A DNA stretch of 64,000 nucleotides from IMG/VR virus record IMGVR_UViG_3300017766_005465, positions 1-64,000 of that record, one strand, 5' to 3'. A program made the translations under genes and the position numbers. Each line of letters begins with the position of its first letter. Position 1 is the stretch's first letter. This document shows, one piece after another, positions 39,007 to 47,723 of this stretch. Source of the stretch: a virus. The notes beneath the pieces are model-generated. The model was given only the letters and a program-made list of their open reading frames with translations, ran no database searches and was not told the origin of the DNA.

Positions 39007-39738
39007 TCAGACTACGGCGACGACTTTGGCCAGAGCCGCGGTCTTCTGGGTGGCGCCGGTGGAAACGGCGGTGTTGACGTTGAGAGCGACGATCTGACCG
39101 ACTTTGAACCCACCACCGGCGGTTGTGATCGCGCCGAGCGCGGTAACCTTGCCCGCTGTGAGAGTTGCGGTCGCAACACCGAAGGCATAACCCGCGGGAT
39201 TGGTTGTCTCGGTCGACTCGATCTTGATTGACACGGTGCCTGACGTCAGAGTGCCGTTGGTGGTGTAGCCACTTCCCGCCTTCTCCAAGGAGAGTGTCAC
39301 GAGCCCACCCACAGGGGCCTGAGGAGCCGGAACGACCTCGGCGATGATCGCTGAGATCACTTCGGCCAGGTTGAAGCTTGCCACCATGAAGTGGAAGTCC
39401 TCGTCGCCCTCCATACCAACGTACCTGATGACGTTAAAGAGGCCCTCGTCGAGCAGCGCTTTGTCCTCGGCGGGCACGTCGGCGCTGGCGTTAAGCGCGT
39501 CACCGATGTACTTGAGTAGGCTGTAGGCGATCCTCTTGGCTTCGAAGCCCATCGTCGGACCCGCCTTCACGAAGCTATTGTATAGAGCGAGTCTGCTGGC
39601 GGAGGTGTTGTCACCGTTGCTGTACGACGCGACGAGGGTGTCCGTGCGGGCTTCGTCTAGAAACTCCTGGAATTTGATCTTGTATTCAAACTGGATTCCC
39701 AGGGTACGGTACAGGCCCTGGTTGAGGATATTGGCCAT
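39007..39738 (-). CDS. Hypothetical virion protein
   Basis: 243 aa with a Thr/Ala/Gly-rich C terminus (AGSGYT, AGGGFKVG). GTTTAAAG upstream. Confidence 0.55.
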   Translation of the reverse strand: MANILNQGLYRTLGIQFEYKIKFQEFLDEARTDTLVASYSNGDNTSASRLALYNSFVKAGPTMGFEAKRIAYSLLKYIGDALNASADVPAEDKALLDEGLFNVIRYVGMEGDEDFHFMVASFNLAEVISAIIAEVVPAPQAPVGGLVTLSLEKAGSGYTTNGTLTSGTVSIKIESTETTNPAGYAFGVATATLTAGKVTALGAITTAGGGFKVGQIVALNVNTAVSTGATQKTAALAKVVAVV

Positions 39739-39784
39739 GGTGAAGTAATACTTCTAGAGCCCTTATAGGGCGGATCGACTATCT

Positions 39785-40372
39785 TTAAACAGAGACAAGG
39801 TGATCGAGCAGGTTAAAGTCCTTGTCAGTGTCGCGAAGAACGGTGTGCGGGAGGAGGGAGTAGCGGTTGAGGTAGTTATGCATGTAGCCGTAGTAGGCGT
39901 AATGCTCGGCCTCCCGCGCCTTCATCTTATTCTTGATCCACCAGGCCGTGGCCTCAGGATACTCCTCCCGTACCTCGATGAGGTGATGGGGTTGACTCCA
40001 CTTCCATTCCCGCTCGAGGAGGAATACCTTCACGTCCGAACTGCGCTCCAGGAAGTAGGATTCGGCGGCTTGAGCCCACTCGTGGGAGATGGAGATACGC
40101 CTACGAAACTCGTCGTAGAAGCAGACCTCGGAGAACCCACGATCGCATAGCACGAATTCTGGCGTCCTCTCTAGGACGGAGTTGAAGGGCCCGATGTACT
40201 GCTCGATGGGGCTGGAGTGGTGGGGTTGAGGCTCGGAGAAGTGCAGGGCGGTGGCGTGAATGTTCCGGTGCCGAAATCTCCTGAGGGTGTTCTCGATGAT
40301 GGTAGATTTGCCGACTCTGTCAGCTCCAAGCAGAACTACTGTGACGGGCTTGGACATTGGAAGTGAGATCAT
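39785..40372 (-). CDS. Deoxynucleoside monophosphate kinase (thymidylate kinase-like)
   Basis: P-loop GADRVGKST and LCDRGFSE (DR motif). TGATATAAT at 40382-40390 upstream. Confidence 0.75.
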   Translation of the reverse strand: MISLPMSKPVTVVLLGADRVGKSTIIENTLRRFRHRNIHATALHFSEPQPHHSSPIEQYIGPFNSVLERTPEFVLCDRGFSEVCFYDEFRRRISISHEWAQAAESYFLERSSDVKVFLLEREWKWSQPHHLIEVREEYPEATAWWIKNKMKAREAEHYAYYGYMHNYLNRYSLLPHTVLRDTDKDFNLLDHLVSV

Positions 40373-40525
40373 AGTACTCGTATTATATCACGGATTCCGG
40401 CCCGCAGTCAAGAGCGCGCTCGAGCGCAGGCGCCCGCGCCCCGTGCACCGTAACTTTTCTACTATTACTTTTCACTAACGTACTAGAGTTTAAAGTACTT
40501 GTACATACTTGAACAGAGCAGGAAC

Positions 40526-40867
40526 ATGCCCGCAGCTCCCGTGCCTCCCTACCATCGCTGGGGAGTCAGATTTACATCCGACACTACCCACAACCTACCC
40601 TACCTCCAGATCCAGCACGACGAGGACGAGAACTCAGCCTACAGAGGCGAGCTGTTCCTCAACGAGGCGCTCGACGAGATGTACTACGTAGATCTGAGCG
40701 GGACGGCCAGAAGGTTCGGGGACAGGGCCTCCGTCCCGTTCTCCCGGCTGAGCTTCACCGGCCTGAGGGAGTTCACCGATGACGCCTCGGCCGCGGCGGC
40801 CGTGCCCCCGGTGGCCATTGGGGGTATGTATAGGACCGGAAACCTACTAAAAGTCAGAGTGGTTTAA
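40526..40867 (+). CDS. Hypothetical virion-associated protein
   Basis: GELFLNEA and DDASAAAA...IGGMYRTG fibre-like motifs. GTTTAAAG at 40488-40495. Confidence 0.55.
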   Translation: MPAAPVPPYHRWGVRFTSDTTHNLPYLQIQHDEDENSAYRGELFLNEALDEMYYVDLSGTARRFGDRASVPFSRLSFTGLREFTDDASAAAAVPPVAIGGMYRTGNLLKVRVV

Positions 40868-40993
40868 AGTCTGTCAGGATGCGAAAACAATAGCGCATGT
40901 CCAAACAGCCAGGCGCTTCACCACTACCAGGACCCTAGGAGTTATTACGCTCCCCTGGGTCCTTTTTCGTATCCGTACCCAGACGCAAATCTC

Positions 40994-41737
40994 ATGGCTA
41001 GAAAATCAACACGGAAACAACGCCAACTAGAGGACAACCACCTTCTTTCGACGGAGAGCGCCCCCGCCCAGCCCAAATTCCAGGAGAATAGGACGCTGAT
41101 GCCCCGCAACCCAAACCAGGTGGATGCAATGAGATACCTGCGTACCAAGACTCTCACGATGCTCTCGGGACCGCCTGGCACCGCTAAGACCCTTCTCGCG
41201 ACGTACGTAGCCTGCGAGAAGCTGGCAAAGCGCGAGATCGACAAGATCTACTACGTAAAGCCCGTGGTCGATGTCCCCGGAGAACAGGGGCTTGGCTTCC
41301 TACCCGGTAACCTCGAAGAGAAGATCGCACCGCACATCTGCCCGGTTCGCGACTCGTTGGAGGTGTTCATGCCCAAAGGCAAAGCGGAGTACCTCCTCTC
41401 GAAGAAGTACATCGAGTTCCTGCCGATCGACCACCTGAGAGGACGTTCGCTGCGCCGCTGCGTAATCATCGCCGACGAGATGCAGAACACCACCACCCAC
41501 AGCCTCATGACGATTCTCACACGTCTAGGTGACGGATCGAGCATCGCCCTGCTCGGGGACGTGGTGCAGAGGGATTTGTCGGGCAAGTTCGGCGGGGATG
41601 GTCTTTCCGACGCCCTAAGACGGCTCAAACTCCTCCCAGAGGTGGGTCACGTGGAGTTTGGGTTCGATGACATAGAGAGGTCGAGTTTCGTCCAGTCGGT
41701 GATCCGGGCCTACTCGGACCTGTACGTCTCCAGGTGA
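40994..41737 (+). CDS. phoH: PhoH-like ATPase
   Basis: GPPGTAKT, LGFLPG, LRGRSL, IADEMQN, LTRLG, GDVVQRD, DIERS. Confidence 0.95.
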   Translation: MARKSTRKQRQLEDNHLLSTESAPAQPKFQENRTLMPRNPNQVDAMRYLRTKTLTMLSGPPGTAKTLLATYVACEKLAKREIDKIYYVKPVVDVPGEQGLGFLPGNLEEKIAPHICPVRDSLEVFMPKGKAEYLLSKKYIEFLPIDHLRGRSLRRCVIIADEMQNTTTHSLMTILTRLGDGSSIALLGDVVQRDLSGKFGGDGLSDALRRLKLLPEVGHVEFGFDDIERSSFVQSVIRAYSDLYVSR

Positions 41738-41779
41738 TAGAGGAGGTTTAAGGTATACTAGAAGTAGTGCTTTGAGAAG

Positions 41780-44700
41780 ATGCCTAAGCAAAAGACCGGC
41801 GGAAGACTGAGAGTTTCCCGCACCCAGCCTCAACTGTTCCTGCAGAAGGACCGTGCTGAGACCGAGGTGAAGTACTTCGGTCTGCTTAGGGACGAAGCGC
41901 TCGGCGACCTGACCTCCAACGACGAGGCGCTGGCCGGAGTACTGAAGGACATCCAGGACTCGGCCGAGGCCTCCACCCTCGGTAACTTCGGGCCCCCGGA
42001 CATACAGATCCTCGACGGTATTTTCAGATTCGGTCTGAAGCGGGAGGATTTTGAGGTGCTGAGCGGCGCCTCCATCAACGCTCTGGACGAGCAGGGCGTG
42101 TCTGCACCGTTGGTCAGCCCACGACAGCGTATCGCCGACCGCATAACCCAGGCCGAGGGATTTGCCGGAAGGGGGACGATCTACCAGGGCCAGGGATCGG
42201 TGCTCTTCAAGTACTACGTTCCGGCAGACCAACCTACCGGCTCGACGAACAAGTACTCCCACACCAACCTACCGCCATTTTTCACTGAGGCCATCACCTC
42301 CACGGCATTCAACTCCGCGGACTTTGTGCCCCTTACGGATACGCAGATCGCCGAGACTCACCGTGTAGGGTATGTCAAGGACGGAGCATTCGTGCCTGAT
42401 GTCGAGAATGAGTACTGGTGGAGTGGGGAGTACAACTACGACTTTCTCAGCGCCAACGAGTACGGCAGTCAGACGGAATCCGCTCTGACAAACCCCAAGT
42501 TCCCGATCGTTCGCGACGGTAACATGAAATTCGACCAGATCCCCCTGCGTGGTATCAACACCAAGTACAACTGGGGGTTGAGGTTTGATATGTGGATGGC
42601 GAAGGGAGCCATCTTGGGTACCACTCTGAGGAGGCTGTCGGCTCAGGTAAACGGGCACATCCGCGTCGATTACTTCGATAAGACTGGCTATAACCCCACC
42701 ACTGGGGCCGTGGAGGGTACCTGGAGAACCGCGGTAAATACCGCCGATCCCTCCACCTACTACGTCCAGGTCTCCAAGGAGGTGGCCGCACCCAACGCCC
42801 TAGGTAGCCAGATCCACTACATCCAGGGCGGACCGACGATGCCCCTGGGCTCTGGAACGGGAACCCTCCCAGCTCAGAGAAGCCTGGCGGACGGCTCGGC
42901 GTTTGACTTCAGCAAGACCTACTCCGATAGGGAGGGGAATCCCGTATCGAACTTCGATGGGGATTACGTTCCCGTGGTTGTGAGGTTCTGGTACGGTCAG
43001 CCATCCACCGACCCGGCCCAGACAAACATACTTACCAACAAACCCCTAGGCCCTGCGGGTTTCTTCATCCGGTCCATAGAGACCAATATCAACCCGGTGG
43101 ATCTTCCGAGCTGGAATGATTACTCCTCGCAACTCAGAGTTACTTGGAGTACTGCGCAGAGTGCCTGGGAGGTGGATACGTCAGCTGGTGGTAGCGCTGC
43201 CGCCGAGGCCAACTTTGTTAACTTCAGCAAATTCTTCGAGATCGTAGGCTACACTTTTATCGGCGCTTCCCAACCCGGAAGTGTATTGGGATACAACGTA
43301 CCCTCGGCTCTCACCATCGCCACCAAGACGGCCCCCGTGCTCGGAGTCACCTACTCCCAGTTCTCCATCTCTGGCCTATCACCCACCAACGGGCAGAAGA
43401 TCTGGGTGCTGGTGAAGAACCGTCCCCGCACCGTCATACCAACCACAGAGCTGAGGTACGACGAGCCGCTCTGGCAGAGATTCCTCTTCAATCCCAACCA
43501 GACCGGGAAGTACAAATCCGTCTACGACATGCTGGACGGGGTGGGGGCGAACTTCGTCAACCCCGACCCCTCCAAAATACCCTTTGAGCAGAATCTGGGC
43601 CTGTACAAAGCCAAATTCGGAAATCTACCAGAGCTGAATACCTACGGCACTGACCGGTACGATGGAATGCTTCCCAACTCCATCACAACCGCGGCCGCTC
43701 AGAGGGACTACGACTACAACCACTCCAAGCTTCTGATGATCGGGAGGCAGAGGAAGGGCACCGTTGCCGAGATCGGCACCACCTCTCCCTACTCCGGCAA
43801 GAACCTAGTGCCCGGGGAGGTTCGCAAGGACGGCGCCAACTACACCTTTATAGAGGTGATAGAGGATCAGGCCGGGTTTGGCGGTAACGTGATAATCGCC
43901 GGGTTCCCCACAAACGACCTAGGGGTTATAGACACCGCAACCCTCACCAACTACGGTAAGGCCCTGCACATGGCGGACAACTCCACAACATTCTCCAACA
44001 TCTCCAGGCAGAATATCTCCACCCTCACCCCCACCAAACTACCCTCCGATCCCGACTTCAACCCCGGCACGATCAGAGTCCTCTACGAGGAGGTGGATGG
44101 TCAGGGTCGTTTATACTACGGATCGTGGGATGGTACCACCTTCACCCGCGATACCACTGGGGTGGTGGCTCAGTTGGCGCTCGGAGGTTCCGTCAGAAAC
44201 CACCTCTCCAAGTCGGCCTTCACGGTGGCCTTCAGGAAGGGGACGACGGACTACAGTTTCTACTGTCTGATAGGTGTGCAGAGAACCTCGTTCGCTAGCG
44301 TTACGCTAACAGTGAACTCTGGAGATACTACGATCACCACGTCGGGGGGTGTATTCTCCCCGGACTCCGCCGGTAGCAACAACAGTCAGTATATCGGTTC
44401 CGAGATCTACTTCGCGGGTGACGCGACGGTAAGAAGAGTCACCTCGTACAACGCATCGACCGGCAGAGTGACCTTCACCCCGTCAAAGCCCGCGGGAGTG
44501 TACAGTAACTGCCAGGTGTACTACAACCACTTCCAGCTCGGTGGAACGCTTCCGTCCTTCATCACCGACTCCTCAGGTGCCAGGGTGAGCCGGGCGGGTG
44601 TCATCCCCTCCCCCACAGGTGGCAACGTTGCCGATCGGCTCGTGCAGATAAAACTGGTCATGAATGGAGCCTACCAGTACCTGCGAGTCGATCAGGGCGC

Positions 44701-45325
44701 TGGGTTGAGTTTCGGAGAGACCCTGTACGTTAAGGCTTCGTCCTCGCCCTCTCCAGGTAGTCCGTTCTCGCAGGATACGGAACTTCCTGCCCCACCGGCG
44801 GACATTGTTGTGCCATTCGGCTACGATAATACACCTGGGTCATCGGACCCCGGTCTTGGTGGCCTGTGCTACCCTCCCTACTCTATACAGAACATCGATC
44901 TCCAGGGACTGGTGAAGACCGACGCCGTTCTTTACAACTCCGGCCTCACGCCAGAGGGTCAGTTTGACGTCTGGTGGGGTGGAAGGATCAGTAATGTCTC
45001 CGACATGGGACAGAAGTTCCTCCATGTCACCGATAAACTGATGTTCGATTTCTCCGCGGCGGAGCGGACAAACCTTCTCTCCACTCTCCTAGCGTCGCAG
45101 AAACCCGTATTCACTGGAGCGGAGTACACTCACAAACTAGAGGTGGAGTTGGGCGTGGGCCTACCCACCGACTCCGCCACGGCCATCAACGCCAACATCT
45201 ACAACGACGCTCGCCTTCACTCCAACAACAAGCCAGTGAAGGATAAGTACTATCTCTTCATCCAGAAGCAGGAAGGGGGCCGGCAGTTGAGAGTCCTCTC
45301 CGCTAACAACCCCTCCTGGACCTGA
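41780..45325 (+). CDS. Large virion structural protein
   Basis: 1181 aa, Ser/Thr/Gly-rich and beta-rich. GGTTTAAGG upstream. Confidence 0.6.
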   Translation: MPKQKTGGRLRVSRTQPQLFLQKDRAETEVKYFGLLRDEALGDLTSNDEALAGVLKDIQDSAEASTLGNFGPPDIQILDGIFRFGLKREDFEVLSGASINALDEQGVSAPLVSPRQRIADRITQAEGFAGRGTIYQGQGSVLFKYYVPADQPTGSTNKYSHTNLPPFFTEAITSTAFNSADFVPLTDTQIAETHRVGYVKDGAFVPDVENEYWWSGEYNYDFLSANEYGSQTESALTNPKFPIVRDGNMKFDQIPLRGINTKYNWGLRFDMWMAKGAILGTTLRRLSAQVNGHIRVDYFDKTGYNPTTGAVEGTWRTAVNTADPSTYYVQVSKEVAAPNALGSQIHYIQGGPTMPLGSGTGTLPAQRSLADGSAFDFSKTYSDREGNPVSNFDGDYVPVVVRFWYGQPSTDPAQTNILTNKPLGPAGFFIRSIETNINPVDLPSWNDYSSQLRVTWSTAQSAWEVDTSAGGSAAAEANFVNFSKFFEIVGYTFIGASQPGSVLGYNVPSALTIATKTAPVLGVTYSQFSISGLSPTNGQKIWVLVKNRPRTVIPTTELRYDEPLWQRFLFNPNQTGKYKSVYDMLDGVGANFVNPDPSKIPFEQNLGLYKAKFGNLPELNTYGTDRYDGMLPNSITTAAAQRDYDYNHSKLLMIGRQRKGTVAEIGTTSPYSGKNLVPGEVRKDGANYTFIEVIEDQAGFGGNVIIAGFPTNDLGVIDTATLTNYGKALHMADNSTTFSNISRQNISTLTPTKLPSDPDFNPGTIRVLYEEVDGQGRLYYGSWDGTTFTRDTTGVVAQLALGGSVRNHLSKSAFTVAFRKGTTDYSFYCLIGVQRTSFASVTLTVNSGDTTITTSGGVFSPDSAGSNNSQYIGSEIYFAGDATVRRVTSYNASTGRVTFTPSKPAGVYSNCQVYYNHFQLGGTLPSFITDSSGARVSRAGVIPSPTGGNVADRLVQIKLVMNGAYQYLRVDQGAGLSFGETLYVKASSSPSPGSPFSQDTELPAPPADIVVPFGYDNTPGSSDPGLGGLCYPPYSIQNIDLQGLVKTDAVLYNSGLTPEGQFDVWWGGRISNVSDMGQKFLHVTDKLMFDFSAAERTNLLSTLLASQKPVFTGAEYTHKLEVELGVGLPTDSATAINANIYNDARLHSNNKPVKDKYYLFIQKQEGGRQLRVLSANNPSWT

Positions 45326-45328
45326 GTC

Positions 45329-47704
45329 TTACGGTGCCAGGGTGAATAGCGGGACAGCGTATATAGTCGCCGGCAACCCATTTCTGATGACGCTCACATT
45401 GCCCACTGCCGGAGCGGTGGGGATGTGGTAGTAGAAGGCGCCGTCGCGACCGTTAGTGTGGATACGTTGTGCCAACTCGGAGATGGTCGTGTTGTACGAG
45501 TACCAGTTTGTTATCGCGGGGTCGTTCGTGGTCAGAGTGCCCTCAGCGCTCAGGGCGCCGAAACTCTGCCCGGTGAAACTAGCACCGCTCCCCGCGACGG
45601 TAGGGTTGGCAGAAGCCGCAGCTCCAGCGGAGTCCGTGATGGATTGGAAGAAGGGCTTATCGGTTGTCGAGAATGCCCGCCTGTACTCAGAACCCACTTT
45701 AAGGAATAGGCCCGGCGTACGTATCTGGAAGTTAGGGTCGGGTACGATGAGGCTCAGTGTCCCAGAGCTGACAGTATTTAGACCGGTGGCGATAGAGAAC
45801 GCCGACGGACTCACGTACGTAGCAACGTAGTTCCCGGCAGGGAAATTATTGCCCGCCAAGGCGGTAACCTCCGACACTCTCACAACATTCCCGGTCTGCA
45901 CGGAGTGACCGACCAGCGTGATAGTAACCGCCCCGGACGCCGTGGAGGACCAGGAGACAAGAGGCCCCATCACGAACTCGGAGACAGAGGTTCTTAGCCT
46001 ATCCCCCGTTATAGAGTTGGCTCCCAGGGTGGTGTCATTCGGATCGAGTATGAAGTCCTGATCGCGCATCACCACTCTCTGCCATATCACAACGTCCTTA
46101 CCCGCGAAGGAGTTGTAGGTGTAGCCGAAGATATTCTCCTCGGAGTCCGCGGGAGTTGGCCTTCTCGTATTCTGGATGGCTGTTCTGGAACTGTCCTTCA
46201 GTCCCTGAGCTCCGTTGCTGAGGTTGTTAATAGCCTCGGACACGGAAGCTCCCAGGGAGATCACATCTTCGGTGTAACTGCGAAGGTACAGGGGAGACTG
46301 GGCAAACTTAAACTGAAGGAGGTTATTGACATTCACTCCGTCAAATCTCCTGATGCGGATGCTCTGCTCCTCGGTCAGGCCAGTCGCCGGCGTGTTCCTA
46401 TCCACGAACAGGTACTCGCCCCGCTCATCGTCGAATAGGAAGAACCCCTCGTTAGTGGCGTTCTTGACAGTGTACGTAAAGACTTTGGTGCGGATCGCCT
46501 CGGGCATGCCCTCGAAGAACGGGCCGCGTTGCTTGCGAATCTTCACCACCTGACCGGTTCTGGAGTCGTTAAAGGTCCCCTCGACAACTTCCAAGTCCTC
46601 GGGTATGATGTAGTTCTGCCCCTCGTCAGTGAGTTGGATGCTCTTAACTCTGAACCTGGAGCCGGAACCGGCTGTGAATCTTGTCAGTTCCTCCGTCGAG
46701 CATACCTCGCAACTCTGAGTGGTATTCACCGAGCCTACGGGAAGGATAACGGAGAACTGGTTCTGATCGACCACCGTCACAGAACTCACAAATCCGCTCT
46801 TCAGTGTGCCTGTGAGCACTCTGATGTAGACCGATAAGCCGTTACTAAGCCCGTGGTTGTTTAACGTAATTGTGGTCGGGGCGGTGGAGCCTAACTGAAG
46901 CCCGAATGACGTATTCGAGTACGTGGCCGCGGTTCCTGGCAGGTAGTCGTAGGAAAGTCTGCCAAAGACCACATCGGCTCGTGCCGACGTGCTCCCGCTC
47001 GACTTGCCCTTCAGCTGGACATTGCTGAGAACGATGTCGGAGCTGACCACCTGCACAGCTCCGGAGCCCGAGATCGACCCCCCGGCATTCACCACGGTGA
47101 AAGTAGACGGGGAGGGCACGGACTGCACAGTGTACTCCCCGTACGTAGCGTTGGTACCCCCACCGGAGTTTTCAAATCTGAGCAGAACACCCTGCCCCAC
47201 CTTGAATCCATGGGCGGCGAGGGTGATAGTGACGGTGGATGAGGCGCTCACCGCCCACGTCCCGGAGAAAGTATCTATGTTCGACGGAGCGTCCTGCGAA
47301 TTCAGGAAGTAAAAACCACCGCCCCCCAGAATAACCTCCAGGCCCGGAATCGATCCCGAGACGGAGTACTTGGGAGATCTAGCGGTCTGATCACTGCCGG
47401 TACCCGCGAGGTACTCGGAGAAATACACTTTGTTCTCGTCGGTGTAGGTGAAGTAGAGAGTGGAGAACTTTGTCCTCTTCAGAACGCTACCTGTGATGGT
47501 GCGTAGTTTCTCCGTTGTCAGTCTGAAGATCTGAGTGTCCTCGTTATCCTTCAGGCCCGAGAAGCATGAGGACTCGATGGTCGAGGATAGCGAGAACAAC
47601 TCGATGTCTCTTTCTATACCAGGAGCGTACAGCTTCTGCAGAGCGGTCTTGAGGTTGAGATTAGATTCGGATAGATTCTTCGATCTAGCTAGGCCGATTG
47701 CCAT
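45329..47704 (-). CDS. Virion structural / fibre protein with repeated beta modules
   Basis: 791 aa with three TITL..H(G/S)...G repeats. GLARSKNLSE N terminus. Confidence 0.6.
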   Translation of the reverse strand: MAIGLARSKNLSESNLNLKTALQKLYAPGIERDIELFSLSSTIESSCFSGLKDNEDTQIFRLTTEKLRTITGSVLKRTKFSTLYFTYTDENKVYFSEYLAGTGSDQTARSPKYSVSGSIPGLEVILGGGGFYFLNSQDAPSNIDTFSGTWAVSASSTVTITLAAHGFKVGQGVLLRFENSGGGTNATYGEYTVQSVPSPSTFTVVNAGGSISGSGAVQVVSSDIVLSNVQLKGKSSGSTSARADVVFGRLSYDYLPGTAATYSNTSFGLQLGSTAPTTITLNNHGLSNGLSVYIRVLTGTLKSGFVSSVTVVDQNQFSVILPVGSVNTTQSCEVCSTEELTRFTAGSGSRFRVKSIQLTDEGQNYIIPEDLEVVEGTFNDSRTGQVVKIRKQRGPFFEGMPEAIRTKVFTYTVKNATNEGFFLFDDERGEYLFVDRNTPATGLTEEQSIRIRRFDGVNVNNLLQFKFAQSPLYLRSYTEDVISLGASVSEAINNLSNGAQGLKDSSRTAIQNTRRPTPADSEENIFGYTYNSFAGKDVVIWQRVVMRDQDFILDPNDTTLGANSITGDRLRTSVSEFVMGPLVSWSSTASGAVTITLVGHSVQTGNVVRVSEVTALAGNNFPAGNYVATYVSPSAFSIATGLNTVSSGTLSLIVPDPNFQIRTPGLFLKVGSEYRRAFSTTDKPFFQSITDSAGAAASANPTVAGSGASFTGQSFGALSAEGTLTTNDPAITNWYSYNTTISELAQRIHTNGRDGAFYYHIPTAPAVGNVSVIRNGLPATIYAVPLFTLAP

Positions 47705-47723
47705 GTTCTACTGCGCTCCTGAT

